NCBI GenBank assembly: GCA_963770895.1
Contig: CAVYRF010000002.1
Span: forward strand, 1,920,001-1,984,000
Reading direction: 5' to 3'
DNA length: 64,000 nucleotides
From: an uncultured Acidobacteriota bacterium
GTDB lineage: Bacteria > Acidobacteriota > Thermoanaerobaculia > Multivoradales > UBA5704
A program made the position numbers and the translations under genes. Positions 27,098-56,202 of the stretch are shown here, piece after piece; position 1 is the stretch's first letter; every line of letters starts with the position of its first letter. A model generated the notes under the pieces. The model was not told the DNA's origin. It searched no databases and saw nothing but the letters and a program-made list of their open reading frames with translations.

Positions 27098-28288
27098 TTG
27101 AAAGCTCCGACGGGCCTGCTCGCCACCGCGGGCATGGCCTTCCTGCTGCTTGCGGCCCTGGAAAGCGCCGGCGCCCCTGCTTCGTCTGCGCCCGCCCGGC
27201 CGCGTCTGCGCGAGCTGGGGAGTGCGCCAGGCGTCCTGCCTCCAGGGTCGCTCGACGCCATCACCGATGTCGTCGGCGTGCGGGTCGGGCATCAGACACT
27301 GGTGCGCGGTGACGGGGTGCGCACCGGCGTCACCGCCATCCTCCCGCATGGCGGCAACCTCTTCCAGCAGAAGACCCCGGCCGCGGTCTACGTCGGCAAC
27401 GGCTTCGGCAAGGCGGCGGGCTTCCTGCAAGTCCAGGAGCTGGGGAACCTGGAAACCCCGATCGTCCTCACCAACACCCTGGCTGTCGGCACCGCGGTCG
27501 AGGCGGTCGTCGGCTGGACCCTGGAGCAGCCCGGCAACGCCGATGTGCGCTCGGTCAATGCCCTGGTCGGCGAGACCAACGACGGCTACCTGAACGACAT
27601 CCGCGGCCGCCAGGTCACCGCGGCCGACGTGCGCGCCGCCATCGCCGCCGCGCGGCCCGGCCCGGTCGAAGAAGGGAGCGTGGGGGCGGGCACCGGCACC
27701 GCGGCGCTCGGCTGGAAGGGCGGCATCGGCACCGCCTCGCGAGCGCTTCCCAAGAGCCTCGGCGGCTACACGGTGGGAGCGCTCGTGCAATCCAACTTCG
27801 GCGGCATCTTGACCATCGACGGCGTGCCCGTCGGCCGGCGCCTGGGCCGCTACGATTTCCGCCAGCAGCTGGGGGAGGGAGGAGCACCGCCGGCGGGCGA
27901 CCGCGCCGGCTCGTGCATGATGATCGTTGCCACCGACGCCCCCCTGTCGTCGCGCAACCTGGAGCGTCTGGCCCGCCGCGCCCCGCTGGGCCTGGCGCGC
28001 ACCGGCTCCTACCTGGCCAACGGCTCGGGCGACTTCGTGATCGCCTTCTCCACCCGCAACCTCGTCCCCCACGAGGCAACGACCGCGACCCTCACCGTCG
28101 AGGATCTTCCCAACGACGCCATGAGCCCCCTCTTCCTGGCCACCGTCGAAGCGGTCGAAGAGGCCGTCTACAATTCCCTCCTGAAGGCGACGACGGTGAC
28201 CGGCTTCCAGGGCCACACCGTCGAAGCCATCCCCATCGATCCACTGCGCAACCTGCTAGCCGAGGCCGGACGCCTCAAGGCGCCCTGA
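27098..28288 (+). CDS. dmpA: P1/S58 family peptidase (DmpA-like aminopeptidase)
   Basis: AITDVVGVRVGH, NGFGKAAG, ETNDGYLNDI, VGAGTG, KGGIGTASR, autocleavage site NGSGDF. Confidence 0.9.
   Translation: MKAPTGLLATAGMAFLLLAALESAGAPASSAPARPRLRELGSAPGVLPPGSLDAITDVVGVRVGHQTLVRGDGVRTGVTAILPHGGNLFQQKTPAAVYVGNGFGKAAGFLQVQELGNLETPIVLTNTLAVGTAVEAVVGWTLEQPGNADVRSVNALVGETNDGYLNDIRGRQVTAADVRAAIAAARPGPVEEGSVGAGTGTAALGWKGGIGTASRALPKSLGGYTVGALVQSNFGGILTIDGVPVGRRLGRYDFRQQLGEGGAPPAGDRAGSCMMIVATDAPLSSRNLERLARRAPLGLARTGSYLANGSGDFVIAFSTRNLVPHEATTATLTVEDLPNDAMSPLFLATVEAVEEAVYNSLLKATTVTGFQGHTVEAIPIDPLRNLLAEAGRLKAP
28121..28154 (+). repeat. 34-bp direct repeat copy 1 (inside dmpA)
   Basis: ATGAGCCCCCTCTTCCTGGCCACCGTCGAAGCGG; 33/34 identical to 30552-30585. 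Confidence 0.9.
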
Positions 28289-28387
28289 CTCGCATCCGCA
28301 CTGTCCGCCGTAGCAGACGGCGCGGCGGTTGAACGCGCGTTGTCGCAAATCGGACTTCGTGATCTCCGGCTGATCGAGCCGAAGGGA

Positions 28388-29047
28388 TTAGGCGGGCCGC
28401 CGGCGCGTTTCCGCGTCGAGCAGCATCGCCGCGGCGACGAGCGGCTTGGCCCAGGCGGGGGTGGCGCTCAGGTCGCGCGGAGCCACGATCCTCCCGCGCC
28501 TCACGTGCAGGAGGAGCACCAGGATGGGGGCTGCGCCGGCGTGGGGGTCGGCGTCGCCGCTGTTGTCGTAGACGCGCAGCTCCGTCAGCGTGGGTAGGAG
28601 GCGGATCACGTTCAGCCGGCCCGTTTCCCAGCGCCGGCGGATGTCAGCCTCGGCAATGTCGTGCCCGCCCTTGGCGACCCTCGCACGGACGCGCGCCATG
28701 TGCAGCTCCGGGCTGATCAAACCCACGTACCAGACGCGAACTTCGATCCCGAGGGCAGCAGCTCTGGCGAGGAGACCAGGAATGGTAGTCGCGCCAAGCG
28801 TAGACTCGAAGGCGAAGTCGAGCCGGTCGGCGATCGCTCGCTCCAAGAGCCGCCGCCCTTGGTGCCACGCGGCACTGTTCGCCTCGGCTTGGGTCACGCC
28901 AGGATCGGTCGATCGGATCCGCTGCGCGGCCTCGTCCGGGTTGAAGTAGTCCGCGCCGGCCTCGTGGAGCATGGCGCCGCCGAGGCTGCTCTTGCCGGCG
29001 CCGTTCGTCCCGCCGAGGACGTAGATCCGGGGAGGCCGACTAGCCAC
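28388..29047 (-). CDS. Zeta-toxin-like P-loop kinase/ATPase
   Basis: IYVLGGTNGAGKSS, FNPDE, FAFESTL, RVRARVAKGGHDI, VYDNS. GTG start overlaps the antitoxin stop. Confidence 0.85.
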   Translation of the reverse strand: MASRPPRIYVLGGTNGAGKSSLGGAMLHEAGADYFNPDEAAQRIRSTDPGVTQAEANSAAWHQGRRLLERAIADRLDFAFESTLGATTIPGLLARAAALGIEVRVWYVGLISPELHMARVRARVAKGGHDIAEADIRRRWETGRLNVIRLLPTLTELRVYDNSGDADPHAGAAPILVLLLHVRRGRIVAPRDLSATPAWAKPLVAAAMLLDAETRRRPA

Positions 29048-29390
29048 GTTTCTTCGCCGCCGCGACCGCGGACCTGCCGAGCCGGACGGGTGGAGCGTTG
29101 AAGGCGTCGGCCATCCCCTTGCGCGCGGCCGGTGTCTGCATCCGGGCCAGGAGCTCGTCGAACTCGGCGGTGAGTGTGTCGAGCTTCCGCTCACCGGCCG
29201 CCACCAGAGCGTCGAACTCTTTGATTGAAAGCAGTACCGCCCTCGGGGTGTCGCGCCGGGTGATCGCGACGGCGCCCTTCTCGACGGCGGTGTCGAGGAC
29301 GCGACCGAACTCGTTCTTGGCCTCCGTCGCCGTGAACGTCGGCATCGCGACCCGTTCGCCCCCACGATCGTGAAATACTGATTTAGCCAT
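29040..29390 (-). CDS. Phd/YefM-family antitoxin
   Basis: FTATEAKNEFGRVLDTA..GAVAITRRDTPRAVLLS. Confidence 0.88.
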   Translation of the reverse strand: MAKSVFHDRGGERVAMPTFTATEAKNEFGRVLDTAVEKGAVAITRRDTPRAVLLSIKEFDALVAAGERKLDTLTAEFDELLARMQTPAARKGMADAFNAPPVRLGRSAVAAAKKRG

Positions 29391-29407
29391 GATGGCTATT
29401 ATAGCCA
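29384..29407. promoter_or_regulatory. Overlapping palindromes, likely TA autoregulatory operator
   Basis: TAGCCAT-G-ATGGCTA and TGGCTAT-T-ATAGCCA across the antitoxin start codon. Confidence 0.65.
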
Positions 29408-29487
29408 ATCTGGACGATATGCGCCCACGAAAGCTGGACGCGGCATTATGCGAATCGTACGATTGGCCACGTGACCGGGGATCCGCG

Positions 29488-30555
29488 ATGACACGTGAAA
29501 ACCGATTCCTCTCCAGGGCCGCTGCAGGGCTCCTCTTCGCCGTCGCGGCACTCGCCGCGCCGGCTCCGCCAGTGACTTGGCCCGCTTCGCCCGCCAGCCT
29601 CGCAATCCGAGCGGCCGGGCACGGGGATGCGCTGGTGCACAGTGCGATCACCCCGGAGGCGCGCGATCGTGCGGTCGACGCGGTGGCCAAGGGGGTCGCC
29701 GACAACTATGTCTACCCGGAGAAGGGTCGAGCGATGGCGGAGGCGCTGCGCCGGAACCAAGTGCACGGCGACTATGCGGCGATCACCGACGACGGCAAGC
29801 TCGCCGAACGCCTCACGGAGGACCTCCGGTCGGTGAACCACGACCTCCATCTCTCGGTACAGGTCGAGCCTCCGGAGGCTGGAGCTCCGACACCTGGATC
29901 AGGTCCTGATGACGACGGAGCGCGTGACAACTTTGGATTCCGGCGGGTCGAGCTGCTGGACGGCAATATCGGTCTCGTGCGCTTCGACGGCTTCATGAAC
30001 GGGCCGGAGGCGATGCAGACTGCGGACGCCGCGATGGCATTTCTCAAGCACGCCGATGTGCTGATCTTCGATTTGCGGTGGAACCACGGCGGCGATCCAG
30101 TCATGATCCAACGTCTCGCAGGATACCTGTTCAGCAACCGCACCCACCTCAACAGCATGGTCGACCGGACTGGCGCCGTGGTCGATGATTTTTGGACCGG
30201 CAACGTTCCCGGGAAACGCTTCCGCGCCGATCTGCCGGTCTACGTTCTCACCAGCTCGGATACCTTCTCGTGTGCCGAGGAGTTCACCTACGACCTCAAG
30301 AACCTGCGGCGCGCCACGATCGTGGGCGAGACGACGGGCGGCGGCGCGCATCCCGTGATGCCCGTCCGGGTGGATGGCCGCTTCGTCGTGATGGTGCCGT
30401 TTCTCCGCGCCCTCAACCCGGTCACCAAGACGAACTGGGAAGGCGTCGGCGTAGAACCCGACGTCAAGACAACCGCGGACGCAGCCCTCGACAGGGCGCT
30501 TGTCCTCGCACGGGCGGCAGCCCACCCGCAGAGAAGTCCGGCACCTAGGGAATGA
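29488..30555 (+). CDS. S41 family peptidase (secreted)
   Basis: YVYPEKG, DLRWNHGG, TFSCAEEF, IVGETTGGGAHP, NWEGVGVEPD. Confidence 0.92.
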   Translation: MTRENRFLSRAAAGLLFAVAALAAPAPPVTWPASPASLAIRAAGHGDALVHSAITPEARDRAVDAVAKGVADNYVYPEKGRAMAEALRRNQVHGDYAAITDDGKLAERLTEDLRSVNHDLHLSVQVEPPEAGAPTPGSGPDDDGARDNFGFRRVELLDGNIGLVRFDGFMNGPEAMQTADAAMAFLKHADVLIFDLRWNHGGDPVMIQRLAGYLFSNRTHLNSMVDRTGAVVDDFWTGNVPGKRFRADLPVYVLTSSDTFSCAEEFTYDLKNLRRATIVGETTGGGAHPVMPVRVDGRFVVMVPFLRALNPVTKTNWEGVGVEPDVKTTADAALDRALVLARAAAHPQRSPAPRE

Positions 30556-30585
30556 GCCCCCTCTTGCTGGCCACCGTCGAAGCGG
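30552..30585 (+). repeat. 34-bp direct repeat copy 2 (dmpA fragment; supplies S41 stop codon)
   Basis: ATGAGCCCCCTCTTGCTGGCCACCGTCGAAGCGG. Confidence 0.9.
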
Positions 30586-30599
30586 ACGCGAGCGGTCCG

Positions 30600-50984
<20,385 letters not shown>

Positions 50985-51294
50985 TTGTCGAATAAGCGAT
51001 GTCAGGCCTGCGGCCTGCCGCCCGCTTGCAGCGGCGTCTACTGCTGAAGGTCCCCCACTATAACCAAGGCTGCAGAAGAGGGAGGCGGCAACGACCCTGG
51101 AAGTGGCGTCATTTGACGGTATTCATGCGTCACCGCCGAATGGCGCGGGCAGCTGGCAGGCCGATGGGCCGAGGCGGTGGCGCCTACCACAACTCGGCGA
51201 GCCGCACCCGCCGGTGCCGGGCACCGGCGGCGGTGGAAGGCTGGGGGTCGGAAGGAAGAGTTTTCAGCAGATCACGATGGTGCAGGTGAAGGTG

Positions 51295-51387
51295 CCGCTC
51301 GCGTGCATAGACGCCCAGGCCGACGAGGCCGATGAGCAGGTTGTAACCGCCCGGCCAGGGACCGTCTGTCAGGGCATCCATCAGCAC
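51295..51387 (-). pseudogene. Lanthionine synthetase LanC-like fragment
   Basis: DALTDGPWPGGYNLLIGLVGLGVYARER resembles the LanC (W..)YDLI.GL.G.G.Y.LER repeat; no flanking LanC sequence. Confidence 0.6.
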
Positions 51388-51509
51388 GAACGAGCTGCGC
51401 GGAGCTGCTCAAACGAGACCTGGAAGAGACCGCCTTGGTGCGAGAAGAGGCGGCGCCCAGCGCGCCGCCCAGATCGACATCCCAGAGCCGTGGCCTCAGG
51501 CTACGGCTA

Positions 51510-51689
51510 TCAGCAATACCCCTGGCCACAGAGCGTGGGGCAGGTACAGGTGACGCAGGAGACCGTACAGGCGCAGGTCCTTTCAAACCTGGCCGTGTTG
51601 GCCCCGCCGTTCGCCTGGACGAGATCCGGCGCGCCCAGACCGCGCACCGTATCGCGATTGAGCTGCAGCTTCTTGCGGGTCTTCTTCAC
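51510..51689 (-). CDS. Lanthipeptide-like RiPP precursor 1 (59 aa; absent from ORF track)
   Basis: AGGGAGG RBS, GTG start. MKKTRKKLQLNRDTVRGLGAPDLVQANGG|ANTARFERTCACTVSCVTCTCPTLCGQGYC*. Confidence 0.85.
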   Translation of the reverse strand: MKKTRKKLQLNRDTVRGLGAPDLVQANGGANTARFERTCACTVSCVTCTCPTLCGQGYC

Positions 51690-52064
51690 ATCGCCTCCCT
51701 TGCTAGACCTCGTTCGACGTCGTTGTCAAACGAGGCGCCGCCCGGCAGCGACGCCGCATCCGGCCTGAAGAGCTGCCGGGCCGGCGTCACCAGGGGCCAT
51801 GCCCTGCTCGCCCCCGCATTAACATGCGCACTTGAGCGACAAGAAGTGACATCATCTGCCCGACGGTCAAACCGGTCGCCTGCGCCTGAGGCAGCACCAG
51901 GCGGGAGCCCTGTTTCAAAACGGCGGCACCGGCCGCGATTGCCGGCGGGCTGTCGTCGCTGGGGGCCATCTGCCCCAGCGGGGCGCAGCGGGCTTGCACG
52001 CCCTCAGCAAGCCCGCCACCATGGCGGGCGAGCGCTCAGGGTCATCCTTCGCACGAACCCGCCG

Positions 52065-52772
52065 ATGACCCGAGCCGAGAAAGCGCGCCGCATCTTAGCG
52101 ATCCTCGACGCCCTCTACCCCGAGGTCGCGATCCCCTTACAGCATGCCGATCCCTTCACGCTGCTCGTCGCCGTCGTGCTCTCGGCGCAGACGACCGACA
52201 AGCTGGTCAACGAGGTGACGCCGGCGCTCTTCGCCCGCGCCGCGACACCGCAGGCGATGGCCGCTCTGCCGGTCGAGGAGATCGCGCGGCTCATCCGCCG
52301 CATCGGGCTCACGGCTATGAAGGCGAAGCACTTGAAGCGTCTCTCCGAGATCCTGGTCGCGGAGCATGGCGGCGAGGTGCCGCAGACGTTCGCCGCCCTC
52401 GAAGCGCTCCCCGGCGTCGGCCACAAGACCGCCTCCGTCGTCCTGAACCAGGCCTTCGGTCTCGCCACCTTCGCCGTCGACACCCACATCCATCGCCTCG
52501 CCGCGCGCTGGGGCCTGTCCTCGGGCAGGAACGTGGTGGAGACCGAGCGCGACCTGAAGCGCCTCTTCCCCGAGGACGCCTGGGGCCGCGCGCACCTCGA
52601 GATCATCTACTTCGGCCGCGAATACTGCCCCGCCCTCCGCCACGATCTCGACGCCTGCCCAATCTGCTCCTGGGCCGCGTCTAAAAAACGCAAGGAGGCG
52701 GAGCGGAAGAGGAACCGCGGTCTAGCCCGGCGGCCCGCCCCTAGTGCCCCGAGTCAGAAATTCACACCATAA
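52065..52772 (+). CDS. nth: Endonuclease III
   Basis: PFTLLVAVVLSAQTTDK.VN, HhH LPGVGHKTA, AVDTHIHR, GREYC. Confidence 0.93.
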   Translation: MTRAEKARRILAILDALYPEVAIPLQHADPFTLLVAVVLSAQTTDKLVNEVTPALFARAATPQAMAALPVEEIARLIRRIGLTAMKAKHLKRLSEILVAEHGGEVPQTFAALEALPGVGHKTASVVLNQAFGLATFAVDTHIHRLAARWGLSSGRNVVETERDLKRLFPEDAWGRAHLEIIYFGREYCPALRHDLDACPICSWAASKKRKEAERKRNRGLARRPAPSAPSQKFTP

Positions 52773-52907
52773 TTCGGCGGCCCCCCACGCCCCTGGCGGC
52801 GTTGCGCCTCCTCGACATAGGTTCGACTATGCCTGCGGCGGCGCGCCTGGCCAGGAGCGCGGATGACTCGCCGACTTATGCCGCTAATTTCTGACTCGGG
52901 ACACTGG
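52741..52907. mobile_element. MITE/REPIN-like palindromic element (~167 bp)
   Basis: Terminal inverted repeats AGTGCCCCGAGTCAGAAATT (52743-52762) and AATTTCTGACTCGGGACACT (52886-52905), 19/20 match; internal imperfect hairpin. Confidence 0.75.
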
Positions 52908-53078
52908 CGATTTACGGCGGCTGTCGGCTGCTGGGCGAAATCGACCCTGCTGCTTACCCGAAGCTGAGGAGCGGGCCGGCGGGCAGGGCCAAGTTTTCGC
53001 CTTGAATTGGTGCACCCCCATCAGGCAGGGCGCGCCATACGGCGGGGAGCGCCGGGCGGATTGATATCATTGCCGCCC

Positions 53079-53609
53079 ATGGAGGGTGCTGCTCCGGAGA
53101 TCGAGTTCGACACCGCGGCCGCCTCCGATGCGCCAGCCCTCGCCGCCTTGCACGGGGCGATCGCCGACGACCTCACCGCCCGCTGTGGCAGGGGCCACTG
53201 GTCGTTGCGCGCGAGCGAGAGGGGGGTCCTCCTGGCGCTGCGCACCGCGCGGGTCCGCGTCGCCCGTCGCGGCGGTGCGATCTGCGCCACCTACGCGCTC
53301 GTCAGCAAGAAGCCGTGGGCGATCGACATCCGCTTCTTCACCGCGTGCGCCCGCGCCCTCTACCTCGTCAACATGGCGGTCGATCCTGCCCACCAGCGCC
53401 GGGGCCTCGGCCGTCTGTGCTTGGCCGATGCGAAAGCTGTGGCGGTGGACGTCGCGGCGTCGGCCAGGGGCCGGGTCGGCGCCATCCGGCTGGACACCTA
53501 CGACGGCGCCGCCGGCGCGGCAGGCTTCTACGCCAAGGCCGGCCTGCGCGAGGTCGGCCGGGTCGTCTACCGGCAGACGCCGCTGGTCTATTTCGAGCTG
53601 CTGCTCTGA
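53079..53609 (+). CDS. GNAT acetyltransferase
   Basis: MAVDPAHQRRGLGR, IRLDTYD..GAAGFYAKAG. Confidence 0.9.
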   Translation: MEGAAPEIEFDTAAASDAPALAALHGAIADDLTARCGRGHWSLRASERGVLLALRTARVRVARRGGAICATYALVSKKPWAIDIRFFTACARALYLVNMAVDPAHQRRGLGRLCLADAKAVAVDVAASARGRVGAIRLDTYDGAAGAAGFYAKAGLREVGRVVYRQTPLVYFELLL

Positions 53610-53765
53610 TCCAACTTGCGCGACGCCCGTTTATGGGCTCGCCAGCGGCCTTTTTCCTCAGCCGCGAGCCTGTGGGGCGATGAGGGAGCTTGCGTGAACC
53701 GGCTGCGCCCCCCGGCGGCGGGCCAGGATGGAACGACCGCTGCCTCGCAGTCGGGGCGACGCGAA

Positions 53766-54583
53766 CTACCCGAATTCAACATCCGTCGGATGATTTTGAC
53801 GCACGACCGTATTGCGATGCACCGACACGAGGGCGGCGCCACCCTCGACAAAGATGCCGCCGCCGCGCCCGCACGGACTGCCGTTGCCAACGATGACACT
53901 ACCACCGAGCTGGACGCCGATCGGTGCGTTGAAATAGATGCCAGCTCCTGCGCACCAAGCAGCGCGCAGGGTATTGTCCGTCACGCGGCTGCGCCACATT
54001 CGCAATTTGCTGCGCTCGCACCAGATCCCACCTCCACGGGCACCGGCCCCAGAATAAACTTCGTTGGCCTGGACGGTGCCGCCGGCAATTTCCACCTGGC
54101 AGTTCTGAAAGAAGAGACCGCCGCCGCCGCCGTGCCGCCGTTCACCACGTTTCCCACGATGGTGGTCTTCTGGATTCGAACGCTTGAATTTCGGCAATAC
54201 ATGCCGGCGCCGAAGAGTTCGTCAGCACCCTCGCCGATACGGTTACCAGCCACGATGGAGTCCTGAAGGCTGAGCGACGAGTTCATCACCCAAAGGCCCC
54301 GGTTGCATGCATTCGAACGGATTTCGACGCCGCTCAGATGAAGGCTCGACCGCTCCACGCAAAGTACCGCCAACCCACCGTCGCCACTGATGGTGACGCC
54401 CCGCCTGGTTAGCAAGGCGCTCTGAATTACAACGTCTTGCTTATCGCGGATGCTCAGGCTCTCTGCATACACCTCAGGCGCCACAACGATGGTGGTGCGA
54501 CCCCTCGCCGCATCGATCGCAGCCTGAATCGTCAGGAACTGCTGTGGGACAAGGAACACCTCGTGTGCAACGGTCGCCGCCAT
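53766..54583 (-). pseudogene. Right-handed beta-helix (pectin-lyase-like) protein, frameshifted
   Basis: VP.QF.TIQAAIDAA..VAP..Y.E in one frame; GGGLF, GGGIW, GGGIF repeats continue in another frame after the GCC run near 54120-54140. Confidence 0.75.
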
Positions 54584-54589
54584 CGGTCG

Positions 54590-55066
54590 CTAGATGCCAG
54601 GACGCTGAACCGCCCCATCGCCGGTGAGAATGCGACGCGCATAGTCGATCTGGCCGAGATGCCAGTTCAGGTGTCCGTAGAGGTGGACGAGAAATGCCTG
54701 CGTCGAAAGGGCCCTTTCGAGCACCACTTGCGGGTACTCGCTCTCCATCTCGGCCGAGGAAAGCCCTTCCAGAACACCAGGAATGAGGGTCGTCAGCTCC
54801 GCAATCCGCGCCCCCAGCTCCGCCCTGCCAATACCCGTTGAGCTGAACTCCATTTCGCGCTGCCGGCTGTACGGCACCTTGCCCAGCTGGCGGCCGATAT
54901 ACTCCCTCAGGTTCCCTTCCAGGTGAAGCACAAGGTTCCCCGGCGAATTGGCGATTCCGGGAAGCCTCTGCCACAGCACCTGGTCATCAGGGAAAGCCTT
55001 GACCTGCTCATAGAGCATGGCGAGGTCGCGCCGAAACAACACCGCAAGGTCTCGCGTGAAGCTCAT
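54590..55066 (-). CDS. DinB/DUF1572-family protein
   Basis: NSPGNLVLHLEGNL..YIG, Y.R.RE.EF, HLYGHLNWHLGQIDY.RR. Confidence 0.88.
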   Translation of the reverse strand: MSFTRDLAVLFRRDLAMLYEQVKAFPDDQVLWQRLPGIANSPGNLVLHLEGNLREYIGRQLGKVPYSRQREMEFSSTGIGRAELGARIAELTTLIPGVLEGLSSAEMESEYPQVVLERALSTQAFLVHLYGHLNWHLGQIDYARRILTGDGAVQRPGI

Positions 55067-55283
55067 GGCAGTTTGAACCGGCCGATAACGCTGCCGTGCT
55101 TGAGGATAGCAGTGTAGGTTCTGGCGGGCATTCGTAGCCTCCGACTCGATCTTAGCACCGGGTGCCAGCGAGGTGCTGACCAGCCAGAAACGAGCCGAAA
55201 ACGCCGTCTCGCCCGGCCCGCACTCGTCACCGGCCGAGAGGGGCGTCTCAGCCGGTGACTCGATGGTTGGAGTAAAGCGGCGG

Positions 55284-55463
55284 TCAGCCGTTGGCGATGG
55301 AGCAGACGTCCTGAGACCAGGTGGTACAGCCGAAGACGCGCTCGGTGGTATAGCAGGCCCACGTTGCGAGCGGGGCGCCGGCGGCAGCGCGCGTGAGCTC
55401 TTGCGGGGTGAGGCGGCGCAGGGATTCACGATGCAGCGGAAGCTTCTGGAGCTGGGTTTTCAT
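55284..55463 (-). CDS. Lanthipeptide-like RiPP precursor 2 (59 aa)
   Basis: MKTQLQKLPLHRESLRRLTPQELTRAAAG|APLATWACYTTERVFGCTTWSQDVCSIANG*; leader matches precursor 1. Confidence 0.75.
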   Translation of the reverse strand: MKTQLQKLPLHRESLRRLTPQELTRAAAGAPLATWACYTTERVFGCTTWSQDVCSIANG

Positions 55464-55773
55464 GAGAGTGGTCTTTCTGGCCTCTGGCCGTTGGTGACGA
55501 GGAGCCGGAACCGCAAGGCGCGTACCATCCCCCGGCGCCTTTCGCCTCCGGGTATAAAACCTTTCGTTTCCAAGAGCTTGGCGTTGTAGAGCGGCCTCCA
55601 GGCATGGATCGGGGTTGAGGTGGAAATGCCAGAGATGAGGCGGCTTCGCCAGAGGCTTCGCTGAGCAGGCCCACGATCCGATACATTTGGACGTAAGTTC
55701 GGTGCCATCGCACGGGTGAAGTTGCGGCATGTGGCTTGCGGTTCAGGGGCGGTGCCGAAACGGATGGAGGAGC

Positions 55774-55970
55774 ATGCGTTCGCTTGTCGATCCGGTCGAG
55801 AGCGCGCGGATGGCGGGCTTGCGCCAGGTGGCCGACGACGGACCAGGGATTCGGCGTCGGCGCCAGGAAGCCGGGTTCAGCTACCGGGATGCGGCGGGAC
55901 GGGTGGTTCACCAACGAAAGGTCCTGCGGCGGATCGCCGGCCTGGCGATCCCTCCGGCCTGGAGGGACCT
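55774..55970 (+). pseudogene. DNA topoisomerase IB N-terminal fragment
   Basis: GGAGGAG RBS; SARMAGLR.V.DD.PGIRRRR...GFSYRD..G......L.RI..LAIPPAW.D, then similarity stops. Confidence 0.8.
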
Positions 55971-56202
55971 GCGGGAGTTCCGCGGACTCGACGCGCCCGC
56001 CCCAAGGCGGCGGCGCCGCAGGACGGCCTCTTGGTCGGAAATCCGGGAACGGCCGCACTGGCGATCGCCTACGCTGCGGGGAGTGTTTACGGTGGACTGG
56101 AACCAGCCGGCGCCCGATGGCTCTGGAAAGCCGCTCACCCGAACGAGGTGGTCGCCACCGTCGCCGCGGAACCGGCCTCCGTGGTCAGGTCGCCCACCGC
56201 CC

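Noticed and set aside
55464-55730. Possible riboswitch upstream of precursor 2 (GCGAAAG loop)
   Set aside because: It lacks the conserved elements of c-di-GMP or other riboswitch families I can recognise by eye.
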